Shown here piece after piece: positions 37,483 to 46,410 of a stretch of DNA of 64,000 nt. The DNA lies in assembly GCA_017853275.1 (NCBI GenBank), contig JAFMJV010000007.1, positions 1,694-65,693 of the forward strand, read 5' to 3'. Positions within the stretch are counted from its first letter, which is position 1. Every line of letters begins with the position of its first letter. A program made the translations under genes and the position numbers. Origin of the DNA: Chloroflexota bacterium (lineage in GTDB: Bacteria > Chloroflexota > Limnocylindria > Limnocylindrales > CSP1-4). The notes beneath the pieces were generated by a model. The model searched no databases. It was not told the DNA's origin and was given only the letters and a program-made list of their open reading frames with translations.

Positions 37483-38729
37483 GGCACCCGGGACCCGCCG
37501 CGCGGGCGGGGATCGCGCTCCTCCTCCTTGTGCTCGCCGGGGCCGGCGTGCCGGGCGGGGTCGCCGGCGCCGGCGAGGTGACCCTCCGCCTCCTCTGGCC
37601 CGCGTGGACCGCCCAGCCGGGGAACGACCTCCTCGCCCAGTTCCGGCGCGAGACGGGGATCGCGACCGAGCTCCGCCCCCTCGACCACCAGGGGATCGCG
37701 CGCATCGAGGCCGAGCCGGATCCCCCCGTGACGCTGGAGGCGGATGTCATCCGGCTCGCCTTCCGGCGCCCCCCGACCTGGGTCGCGGACGGGCGGATCC
37801 TCCTCCGGCCGCTGGACGATCTCGTGGCGGGCACGGACCTCTCCGACCTCGTCCGGGTGGAGACGTGGCGGACGGAGGCCGGGCTCCTTGCGCTCCCCGT
37901 GGACGACCAGCCGATCCTCCTCGAGGTGAACGGCCGGCGGCTGGCGGCAGCCGGGGTGACGGAGGACCCGAAGACCTGGGCGGAGCTCGTGGAGACCGCC
38001 CGTGCGCTCCGCGACCGCGGGGTGGACCCCCACCCGATCGCGATCGCGCCGGGCGAGTGGAGCTGGGAGCTGATCGCCCGCTCGATGGGCGACCCCTTCA
38101 TCGGCCCGGAGGGCGAGCCGCTCTTTGCGGCCGCAGGCTCGCCTGCGCGGCAGGCGCTGGCGACCCTCCTCGCGATGGCGGACGAGGAGCTGATCGACCC
38201 GGCGATCGTGGCCCGGGAGCGGAGCCCGCACGCGACCTTCTGGGACGGCGGCGGGACGATCCACATGGGCTGGCTCGGCTCGCTCGCCGTGGCGAACGGC
38301 TCCTATTCCCGGCAAGCCCCGGACGTCCGGCCCCTCCCGATCCCGGAGACCGGGGCCACCTTCAGCGTCCCGGGCGCGATCGGGATCACCGCCGAGAGCA
38401 CCGTTCCCGCGGAGGCGTGGCGCTTCCTCACGTGGGTCGTGAGCGAGGTGCCGCAGCGGGCGCTCTGGGAGCGGACCGGGCTCTTCCCGGCGCGCAGCTC
38501 GGTGGCCGCGGCGCTCGGCGCGGAGGGCGCGATCGAGGGCTGGGCGGCGATCGCCCCGCAGCTCCCCCACGTCCAGGCGCGCCCGATCCTCCTCCCCTGG
38601 TGGGATGCCTTCGAGACGGAGGCGGACGCGCTGATCGTGGCCGCGGCGCAGGACGGGACGCCCGCGGACGCGGTGGTGGACGCGCTCGGCCTCCGCTGGG
38701 CCGAGCTCCGCGCCACCGCGGGAGGCTGA
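37479..38729 (+). CDS. Second carbohydrate SBP, diverged paralog of 33116..34351
   Basis: ATGA overlap; colinear motifs DLSD, TWAEL, WSW.LIA.SMGDP, QAPDVR, GTPAD. Confidence 0.85.
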   Translation: MRHPGPAARAGIALLLLVLAGAGVPGGVAGAGEVTLRLLWPAWTAQPGNDLLAQFRRETGIATELRPLDHQGIARIEAEPDPPVTLEADVIRLAFRRPPTWVADGRILLRPLDDLVAGTDLSDLVRVETWRTEAGLLALPVDDQPILLEVNGRRLAAAGVTEDPKTWAELVETARALRDRGVDPHPIAIAPGEWSWELIARSMGDPFIGPEGEPLFAAAGSPARQALATLLAMADEELIDPAIVARERSPHATFWDGGGTIHMGWLGSLAVANGSYSRQAPDVRPLPIPETGATFSVPGAIGITAESTVPAEAWRFLTWVVSEVPQRALWERTGLFPARSSVAAALGAEGAIEGWAAIAPQLPHVQARPILLPWWDAFETEADALIVAAAQDGTPADAVVDALGLRWAELRATAGG

Positions 38730-38766
38730 CGGCCGGACGCCGCCGGCCCCCGGGTCCCGCGCCGCG

Positions 38767-39843
38767 CTATCCGGCGCGCGGCGCGACGATCGCGCGGGTC
38801 GCATCCTCCGGCCGGGTGATCCCGCACAGGCCCATCGCGTTCCGCAGCTCGTCCGAGAGGAGCGAGATCACCCGGGCGACCCCGGCCTCGCCCCCCACCG
38901 CGAGCCCCCAGTGGACGGGGCGGCCCACAAAGACCGCGCGCGCACCGAGCGCGAGCGCCTTCAGGACATCCGTCCCCCAGCGCACGCCGCTGTCGAGGTA
39001 GATCTCCGCGCGTCCGGCCACCGCATCCGCCACGGCGGGGAGCGCCTCGATCGAGCTCATCGCGTGATCCAGCTGCCGCCCACCGTGGTTGGAGACGACG
39101 ATCGCGGGGTAGCCCTCCGCCGCGGCGATCGCGGCATCCTCCGGGGTCATCACGCCCTTGAGGACGATCGGAAGGCGGGTGATCCCGCGCAGCCAGTCGA
39201 GCGTGCGCCAGGTGAGCCCGGCCTCGATCGCGAGCCCCTCCGGCCACGGGTCCGGGAAGACGGTCTGCGCCACGCCGTGCGTCTCCCAGTCCCCGTTCCG
39301 GTACTCCAGCGGACGCCAGCCGAGGCGGGGCGCATCCACGGTGAGGGCGAGGGCGGAGAAGCCGGCCGCCTCCGCCCGCTCCACGATCGCCCGCGTGATC
39401 CCCCGGTCGTTCATCCAGTAGAGCTGCATCCAGCCCGGCGCACCGACGGCGGCGACCTCTTCCGGGGGCGTGCTCGTGGAGGTGGAGAGCATGACGAGCG
39501 ACCCTGCCGCCCGGGCCGCGCGGGCCGTGGCGAGCTCACCGTCCGGGTGGGAGAGGCGGTGGAGCGCGGAGGCGCCAAGGAGGATCGGCGTCCGGACCGG
39601 CTGCCCGAGGACGGTGGTCCCGAGGTCGATCTCCCGCACGTCGTGGAGGATCCGGGGACGGAAGAGCCAGCGGGAGAAGCCCTCACGGTTGATCCGCGCA
39701 CCCTCCCCGGAGCCGGCCCAGCCGTCCAGGTAGTCCCGGAGCGGAGCGCTCATCCGCTCCCGCGCCGCGCGCTCGATCTCGTCGACGGACCAGAGGCCGG
39801 AGACCTCGTCCGGGGAGAGCCAGGGCCCGGTGACGTGCGCCAT
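38767..39843 (-). CDS. FMN-dependent alpha-hydroxy acid oxidase/dehydrogenase
   Basis: HPDGE, QLY, TVDAP, LKG, SNHGGRQLD, DSGVRWGTDVLKALALGA. Confidence 0.92.
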   Translation of the reverse strand: MAHVTGPWLSPDEVSGLWSVDEIERAARERMSAPLRDYLDGWAGSGEGARINREGFSRWLFRPRILHDVREIDLGTTVLGQPVRTPILLGASALHRLSHPDGELATARAARAAGSLVMLSTSTSTPPEEVAAVGAPGWMQLYWMNDRGITRAIVERAEAAGFSALALTVDAPRLGWRPLEYRNGDWETHGVAQTVFPDPWPEGLAIEAGLTWRTLDWLRGITRLPIVLKGVMTPEDAAIAAAEGYPAIVVSNHGGRQLDHAMSSIEALPAVADAVAGRAEIYLDSGVRWGTDVLKALALGARAVFVGRPVHWGLAVGGEAGVARVISLLSDELRNAMGLCGITRPEDATRAIVAPRAG

Positions 39844-39854
39844 CGTCCTCCCCC

Positions 39855-40985
39855 TCAGGCCGGCGCGAGGCTCTCGTCGCCCGCCACGGGACCGGCATCC
39901 GGCGCGTGGGGGAGGACGAGGAGGGCTTCCGGAGGGAAGGCGAGCCGGAGGTGGTCGCCGATCCGCGGCGGTGCCTCGTGGGGGTTGTTGAAGGTATCCA
40001 GGGCGACGACCGCGTCCACCCCCTCCACGCGGACCCGGATGCGCACGATCGAGCCGAGGAAGGTGACGTCCGACACCGACCCGTCCAGGCGGTTCGCCTC
40101 CGACCCGCCATCACCGATGACGATCGCCTCCGGACGCAGCGCGACCGTGGCGCTGCTCCCGGACGGCGCCTCCACCGCGGACGCGGCGCGGAGCTCCCGG
40201 CCGGCGATCCGGACCCGCCCGGAGGCAGCATCCGTCACCGTGGCGGGGAGGAGGTTGAGCGTCCCCACGAAGCGCGCCACGAACTCCGTGGCGGGCGCGT
40301 TGTAGATCTCGGAGGGCGTCCCGGTCTGCTCGATCCGGCCCTGGCTCATGACCACGATCCGGTCCGAGAGGGAGAGCGCCTCCTCCTGGTCGTGGGTGAC
40401 GTAGACGGTGGTGATCCCCAGCTGGCGCTGGATCGCCCGGATCTCCTGGCGCAGGGAGAGGCGGATCTTGGCGTCCAGCGCGGAGAGCGGCTCGTCCAGG
40501 AGGAGGACGCGCGGGCGGATCGCGAGCGCGCGCGCGAGGGCGACGCGCTGCTGCATCCCGCCGGAGAGCTCGTAGGGGTACTTGCCGCCGGACTGGGGGA
40601 GGTGGATGAGCTCCAGGAGCTCCGCCACGCGCGCCTTCCGCTCCGCGGCGGGGACCTTGCGCATCTTCAGGCCGAAGGCGATGTTGTCCGCCACGGACAT
40701 GTTCGGGAAGAGGGCGTAGGACTGGAAGACCATCCCCACGTTCCGCCGGTTCGCGGGCACCCGCCCGATCTCCTCGCCCGCGATCCGGATCGAGCCTGCG
40801 TCCGGGAGCTCGAAGCCCGCGATCATCCGGAGGGTCGTCGTCTTGCCGCAGCCGGACGGCCCGAGGAAGGAGACGAACTCGCCTTCCGCGGCATCCAGGT
40901 CGAAGGAATGGACGGCGACGTGATCGCCGAACTGCTTGCGGATGCCGGAGAGCGACAGGAACACGGGCGATCCTCCCTGGGTCAC
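39855..40985 (-). CDS. ABC transporter ATP-binding protein (PotA/FbpC-like)
   Basis: GPSGCGKT, VFQSYALFP, LSGGMQQR, LLDEP, TOBE tail; GTGA overlap. Confidence 0.92.
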   Translation of the reverse strand: MTQGGSPVFLSLSGIRKQFGDHVAVHSFDLDAAEGEFVSFLGPSGCGKTTTLRMIAGFELPDAGSIRIAGEEIGRVPANRRNVGMVFQSYALFPNMSVADNIAFGLKMRKVPAAERKARVAELLELIHLPQSGGKYPYELSGGMQQRVALARALAIRPRVLLLDEPLSALDAKIRLSLRQEIRAIQRQLGITTVYVTHDQEEALSLSDRIVVMSQGRIEQTGTPSEIYNAPATEFVARFVGTLNLLPATVTDAASGRVRIAGRELRAASAVEAPSGSSATVALRPEAIVIGDGGSEANRLDGSVSDVTFLGSIVRIRVRVEGVDAVVALDTFNNPHEAPPRIGDHLRLAFPPEALLVLPHAPDAGPVAGDESLAPA

Positions 40986-41833
40986 GGGGCACCGGCGGGT
41001 TGCGTCCGCCCCCGGTTCGCGCGGCCGATGATGACGATCGCGAACATCGCCGCCCACGTGATCGCGAAGCTGATGATCGAGCCCGCGGCGGGCTCGTAGG
41101 CCTTGTTCTGGCCGAGGAGCGAGAGGTAGGGGCCGAAGGTCTTGGTGCCCATGAAGCTCGCGATCGTGTACTCGCCCATGACGATCGCGAGGGTGAGGAA
41201 GGCGCCGGAGAGGAGCGCGCCGCGGAGGTTCGGGAAGATGACCGACCAGAGGACGCGCGGCCAGCCGGCGCCCAGGCTCTGGGCCGCCTCCGTGAGCGTG
41301 CGCAGGTCGATCGTGGAGAGCCCGGTATCCACCGCCCGGTACATGTACGGGAAGGAGAGGACCACGTACGCGCCCACGAGGACCGCCTCCGTCCCGAAGG
41401 TGGAGTTGAGGAAGGCGAGCGGTGGCGGTGCGTAGATCCGGATGAGGCCGAAGACGAGCACGACCGGCGGGATGACGAAGGGCATGAGCGTGATCAGCTC
41501 CACCACCGGACGGGCGCGCGGGACCTTGAGCCGGACCCAGTAGGCGGTGGGGACGAGGAGGAGGAGCGAGACCGCGATCGTGATCAGCGCGATGCGGAAC
41601 GAGGTGAGGAGGCCGCCCACGAACTTCGGGTCCTTGAGCACGAGCTCGTAGGCGGCGAGCGAGGGGCGGATGAACTCCCCGGTCACCGGGTCCTTGTAGG
41701 CGGCCCGGAGGGAGAACTCGATCGTGGCGATGAGCGGGATGACGAAGTAGCTCACCCCGAGGAGGAAGATCAGCCACGCCCACGGGGAGCCCCAGCGGCG
41801 GCGGCGGCGCGGCGCGGTCACGGCTGCGGTCAC
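40982..41833 (-). CDS. ABC transporter permease (PotC-like)
   Basis: LTEAAQSLGA EAA loop, GEYTIA; GTGA overlap. Confidence 0.9.
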   Translation of the reverse strand: MTAAVTAPRRRRRWGSPWAWLIFLLGVSYFVIPLIATIEFSLRAAYKDPVTGEFIRPSLAAYELVLKDPKFVGGLLTSFRIALITIAVSLLLLVPTAYWVRLKVPRARPVVELITLMPFVIPPVVLVFGLIRIYAPPPLAFLNSTFGTEAVLVGAYVVLSFPYMYRAVDTGLSTIDLRTLTEAAQSLGAGWPRVLWSVIFPNLRGALLSGAFLTLAIVMGEYTIASFMGTKTFGPYLSLLGQNKAYEPAAGSIISFAITWAAMFAIVIIGRANRGRTQPAGAP

Positions 41834-42729
41834 GAGCGGAGCCACCGCTCGGAGCGCCGGCGGAGCCAGACGTAGACGAGGATCATCACGCCCATCACGA
41901 GGACCATCCCCATCGCCATCGCGTAGCCCAGCCCCTGGTTCCGGAGGACGTCCCCGCGGATCTGCGCGCCGATGACGACCGGGACGAGCGGGATCGTGCC
42001 GCCCGTCAGCTGGAAGGCGGTGGCCTGGGCGCCGAAGGCGTTGCCGAAGAGGAGGATCGTGGTCCCGAGGAGGGTGGGGAGAAGGATCGGGAAGGCGATG
42101 TGGCGCCAGTACTGGCGGCCGGTGGCCCCCATGTTCTCCGCGGCCTCGCGCCATTCGCGCCGGAGGCCCTCGATCGCCGGGGCGACGATGAGGAGCATGA
42201 GCGGGAGCTGGAAGTAGAGGTAGACGAGCGCGATCCCGAGCTGCGAGTAGATCGTGAAGCCGGTCGCCTTCAGGCTGACCCCGAAGACGTCCTTGAGGAT
42301 GAGCGTGATCAGCCCGTTGTTGCCGATCGTGAAGACGAAGGCGAGCGCGAGCGGCACGCCCGCGAAGTTCGAGGCGACACCGGAGAAGGTGAGGAGGCCG
42401 GTGCGGAGCGGGCGGGGGAGCCCGCCGCGGACGACCGCCGCCGCGAGGAGGAAGCCGCCGATCCCGCCCCCCACGGCGGAGATGAGGCTGACCGTCACGC
42501 TGTTCCAGAAGGCAGCCACGATGTACGGGTCGCCGAGCCCCGAGTAGTTCTCGAGGGTGGGCTCACCCGTGCTCGTCTGGAAGCTGCCGATGACGAGGAA
42601 GGCGATCGGGAGGAGGAGGAAGCCTGCCGAGAAGAGAAGGAAGGGCAGGAGCCCGAGCCATGCGAGCGGGACGCGCCGAGGCGCCGGGCGGATGCCCGGC
42701 GCCTCGGACGTCGCGGACCCTGCGGTCAC
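41830..42729 (-). CDS. ABC transporter permease (PotB-like)
   Basis: SNFAGVPLA, YFQLPLM, WREAAENMGA. Confidence 0.9.
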   Translation of the reverse strand: MTAGSATSEAPGIRPAPRRVPLAWLGLLPFLLFSAGFLLLPIAFLVIGSFQTSTGEPTLENYSGLGDPYIVAAFWNSVTVSLISAVGGGIGGFLLAAAVVRGGLPRPLRTGLLTFSGVASNFAGVPLALAFVFTIGNNGLITLILKDVFGVSLKATGFTIYSQLGIALVYLYFQLPLMLLIVAPAIEGLRREWREAAENMGATGRQYWRHIAFPILLPTLLGTTILLFGNAFGAQATAFQLTGGTIPLVPVVIGAQIRGDVLRNQGLGYAMAMGMVLVMGVMILVYVWLRRRSERWLRS

Positions 42730-42763
42730 GACGCGGTGCGTCTCGCGATGGTGCTACGTCCGA

Positions 42764-43876
42764 TCAGGCGTCCGGGTCGATGACCTCGACGCCGACGACG
42801 GTGTCCCAGCTCCCGGTGATGAGGGCCTTGGCGGCCTCGAGCTGCGCGAGGGTCGGGAAGACGGCGCCGGTGACGTCCGGAAGGGCGTCCATCAGCTCCT
42901 GCGGGATGACACCCGCGGCCTTCATCGCCTCGTAGCGGATCGGGTAGCAGTAGCCCTTCATCCAGATCAGCTGCCCCTCGTCCGAGTAGAGGAACTCCTG
43001 CCACAGCTTGGCGGCGTTCGGATGGGGAGCATGGGCGCTGATCGCCTGGACGTACATGCCGGCGAAGCGGCCGGTCGCCGGGACGACGACGTCGATCTCC
43101 GGGTTGCCCATGAGGGCGTCCCGGTTCGCGAGCGCGTTGTAGTTCCAGCGGATCGTGACCGGGGTCTCACCCTGGGCGATCGTGCCGGGCTTGGCGACGG
43201 TGGGGACGAAGTTCCCCGCGTCCACGAGCTGCTTGAAGAAGTCGAGGCCCGGCTGGGCGTCGTCCAGCGAGCCGCCGTTGGCGAGCGCCGCCGCGTAGAC
43301 GGTCTGGATCGCCTGGTTGCTGGAGCGCGGGTCACCCGCGAGGGCGACCATGCCCGCGTACTCCGGCTTCAGGAGGTCCGCCCAGTCGGCCGGGCTCACC
43401 GGGACGAGCGCCTTGTTCACCTCGAAGGTGAGGACGCCGTAGTAGTCGCCGTACCAGTAGCCGTCCGGGTCCTTGGCCGTCTCCGGGATGTCGTCCCAGG
43501 TGGCGACCTTGTAGGGCTGGATCAGCCCCTCGGCGATGGCGGCGGGGCCGTAGGCGAGGCCGACGTCGATGACGTCCGGCGCCTGCGGGCCCATGTTGCC
43601 GATGTTCGCCTTGATCGCCTCGAGCTCGTCCTGCGAGCCGGCGTTCGGGTCGAGCTCGTTCACCTCGAGGCCGTACTTGGCCTTGAAGGCGTCGATCATC
43701 TCCCGGTAGTTGCACCAGTCGTCCGGCAGGGCGATCGTCGTGAGCGTCCCCTCGGCCTGCGCGGCCGCGATGAGCTCGTCCATGGACATCGTGTCCTGGG
43801 CTGCTGCCGGGACGCCGGCCGCGATGATCGCGGCGGCTCCGACGAACGCCAGGGACGCAGAACGGGTTCGACCCAC
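42764..43876 (-). CDS. ABC transporter substrate-binding protein (polyamine/iron/thiamine-type, ligand unknown)
   Basis: SD GAGGAG then GTG 43876; signal peptide ending AAA-QD; ALPDDWCNY, QAPDVIDVG, APHPNAAKLW. Confidence 0.88.
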   Translation of the reverse strand: MGRTRSASLAFVGAAAIIAAGVPAAAQDTMSMDELIAAAQAEGTLTTIALPDDWCNYREMIDAFKAKYGLEVNELDPNAGSQDELEAIKANIGNMGPQAPDVIDVGLAYGPAAIAEGLIQPYKVATWDDIPETAKDPDGYWYGDYYGVLTFEVNKALVPVSPADWADLLKPEYAGMVALAGDPRSSNQAIQTVYAAALANGGSLDDAQPGLDFFKQLVDAGNFVPTVAKPGTIAQGETPVTIRWNYNALANRDALMGNPEIDVVVPATGRFAGMYVQAISAHAPHPNAAKLWQEFLYSDEGQLIWMKGYCYPIRYEAMKAAGVIPQELMDALPDVTGAVFPTLAQLEAAKALITGSWDTVVGVEVIDPDA

Positions 43877-44090
43877 GCTGGTCTCCTCAGTTGATCGGCG
43901 GCTCGGTCGCGGGGCACTCGCTCCCGGATGGCCAGCCGTCAGGATAGGAGGCTCGGGGCGGGATGTCATCCCTCTCTTTCCGTTCCGTTAACGGGGTGTC
44001 GCAGAGCCCGGGATGGCAGGCAGGCGGGTCGCGCGTAGAATCGCCGGGACGGTCCGCGTCGCGGCCCGCGCCGCCCTGGGGAGCCCACGG

Positions 44091-44852
44091 ATGACCGATC
44101 GCCGCCCCCGCACCATCGCCGCGCTCGCCCTCCTGGCCGCGCTCGCCCTTCCGCTCGCCGCCCCCGCTGCGGCCAAGCAGAGTGGCGCGGAACAGGGCGG
44201 CGCAGAGCCCTCGCCCACCCCCGCGCTCACCTGGGCGCCGCTCGTCACGCCGCCACCGATCGTCATCCCCGGACCCCTCACCCCCCAGGCGCTCGCGGAC
44301 GGGTACGTGCTCGGCGCGGCGGACGCCCCGGTGGAGGTCCAGGTCTGGGAGGACTTCCAGTGCCCCTTCTGCCGGCGCTGGGCGGAGCAGGTGAAGCCGC
44401 TCCTCATCGAGCGCTACATCCTCCCGGGAGAGGTCCGGCTCGTCTTCCGCCCCCTCTTCTTCCTCGGCGAGGAATCGCGCTGGGCGGCGGTGGCGGCGGA
44501 CCTCGCCGCGGAGCAGAACCACTTCTGGGCGCTCCACGACCTCTTCTACGCCAACCAGATGGGCGAGAACGTGGGGAGCTTCTCGCTCGACCGGATCCTG
44601 TCCATGGCGGAGGCGGCCGGCGTGGAGATGGAGACCTTCCGCGCCGGGCTCGTCCTGGATGCCGCGCGGGCGCGCTACGCGCAGCTCGAGCGGTCCGTCC
44701 TGCCGGATGCGGTGGCCTGGCAGGTGGACCGCACGCCCACGGTGATCGTCAACGGGGTGAAGCTGGAATCGCCGGACTGGGAGAGCGTGGATGCGGCGAT
44801 CGCGGCCGCGCTCGCCCCGGCGCCGAGCCCGGCCCCCTCCCCTGCCGGCTGA
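44091..44852 (+). CDS. DsbA family thiol-disulfide oxidoreductase
   Basis: Signal peptide; DAPV...EDFQCPFC; cis-Pro loop RTPTVIVNG. Confidence 0.9.
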   Translation: MTDRRPRTIAALALLAALALPLAAPAAAKQSGAEQGGAEPSPTPALTWAPLVTPPPIVIPGPLTPQALADGYVLGAADAPVEVQVWEDFQCPFCRRWAEQVKPLLIERYILPGEVRLVFRPLFFLGEESRWAAVAADLAAEQNHFWALHDLFYANQMGENVGSFSLDRILSMAEAAGVEMETFRAGLVLDAARARYAQLERSVLPDAVAWQVDRTPTVIVNGVKLESPDWESVDAAIAAALAPAPSPAPSPAG

Positions 44853-44867
44853 GGGGCGCGCCCCGGG

Positions 44868-45251
44868 TCAGTCGTCCAGGGCGAGGGTCGCCTCGATCTC
44901 GATCTTCATCCCGGGGAGCGGGAGCGTGGCCTGGACGGTGGTCCGGGCCGGGCGGTCCGCGGGGAAGCGCTCCGCGTAGACCGCGTTGAAGCGGGCGAAC
45001 TCCCTCACGTCCGCGAGGAAGACGTTCACCTTCACCGCGCGGGAGAGGTCCGCGCCCGCGAGGGCGGCGATCGCGGCCAGGTTGTCCAGGGTGAGCCGCG
45101 TCTGCTCCTCGATCGAGCCCTCCACGACCGCGCCGGTCGCCGGATCGACCGGCCCCTGGCCGGAGATGTAGAGGAGCCGTCCCGCGGCGATCACGCCATG
45201 GGAGTAGGGCAGCGTCTGGGCCACGCCGGGGCGCATGAGGGTCTGGCGCAT
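44868..45251 (-). CDS. ridA: RidA (YjgF/YER057c/UK114) family enamine deaminase
   Basis: PYSHG, SGQGP, FNAVY..F...PART, IEIE; SD AGGAGG. Confidence 0.88.
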   Translation of the reverse strand: MRQTLMRPGVAQTLPYSHGVIAAGRLLYISGQGPVDPATGAVVEGSIEEQTRLTLDNLAAIAALAGADLSRAVKVNVFLADVREFARFNAVYAERFPADRPARTTVQATLPLPGMKIEIEATLALDD

Positions 45252-45348
45252 GGGCTCTCCTCCTGGGGATCGGATCGGGATGCCGGCCACGGTGGCCCGC
45301 CGCCCCATCATCGCGCGCCCGGGCCGTCCCGCGCGGGGCGGATCCGCG

Positions 45349-46410
45349 TCAGCCGGGCGGCTCGACCCGGAGGAGGACCTTCAGGGCATCCCGCTCGTCC
45401 AGCCGCCGGAAGGCGTCCGCGAAATCGGCCAGGGGGACGATCCCCGAGATCAGCGGGGCGATGTCCAGCCGTCCCGAGACGAGGAACGATTCGACCTGGT
45501 ACCACGTGGCGTACATCAGCCGCCCGTTGATGCCCAGCACGGTGGCGCCCTTGAAGATGATGTCGTTCGGGAGGTCGAGCTCCACGGGGCGCGATGGGAG
45601 CCCGAGGAGCGCCGCGCGGCCGCCGTTGCGGAGCGCCCGGAAGCCCGCCCGGATCGCGGACGGCGCGCCGCTCATCTCGAGGAGGACCTGGGCACCCTCC
45701 CCCGCGGTGAGCTTCCGCACCGCGTCCGGCCAGCCCGGATCCGTGGCCGGGAAGGTGGCATCCGCCCCCATCCGGCGGGCCTGCGCGAGGCGGTCCTCCT
45801 CCACGTCCGTGGCGATGATCGTGCCCGCCCCCGCGGCCCGCGCGATCGCGATCGCCATCAGGCCGATCACCCCGGCGCCGGTGACGAGGACGGAGCGACC
45901 GGAGACGCCCGCCGCCATCACCGTGTGCATCGCGTTCCCGAGCGGGTCCATGATCGCCGCGATCTCGTCCGGGATCGCCGGGTCCACGGGCCACACGTTC
46001 TCCTCCGGGAGAAGGAGGTAGTCCGCGAAGGTCCCGTCCCGGTCCACGCCGAGGATGTCCACCGTCTCGCAGATGTGACCGTTCCCCGAGCGGCATGGCT
46101 CGCAGGCGCCGCACCCGATGTGACCCTCCCCGGAGACGCGCGCGCCCACCGCCACCCGGCGGACGGCCTCGCCCACCGCGGCGACCGTCCCCACGAACTC
46201 GTGGCCAACGGTGAGCGGCGGGGCGATGCGCGAAGCGGCCCACGGGTCCCAGGCCTGGATGTGGCGGTCCGTGCCGCAGATCCCCGCGTAGCGCACACGG
46301 ATCAGGACGTCGCGCGGACCGGGCCGCGGGACGGGGATCTCCGCAAGGAGGAGCCCCGGACCGGCGGTCTCCTTGCGGAGCGCGCGCATCCGCTCCGGGA
46401 GGAAGGTCAC
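45349..46410 (-). CDS. tdh: L-threonine 3-dehydrogenase
   Basis: GICGTD.HI..WD.WA, GHEF, VSGEGHI.C..C..C...HIC, DPLGNAMHT, LEMSG, IIFKG, TWY; GTGA overlap (alternative ATG 46389). Confidence 0.9.
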   Translation of the reverse strand: MTFLPERMRALRKETAGPGLLLAEIPVPRPGPRDVLIRVRYAGICGTDRHIQAWDPWAASRIAPPLTVGHEFVGTVAAVGEAVRRVAVGARVSGEGHIGCGACEPCRSGNGHICETVDILGVDRDGTFADYLLLPEENVWPVDPAIPDEIAAIMDPLGNAMHTVMAAGVSGRSVLVTGAGVIGLMAIAIARAAGAGTIIATDVEEDRLAQARRMGADATFPATDPGWPDAVRKLTAGEGAQVLLEMSGAPSAIRAGFRALRNGGRAALLGLPSRPVELDLPNDIIFKGATVLGINGRLMYATWYQVESFLVSGRLDIAPLISGIVPLADFADAFRRLDERDALKVLLRVEPPG

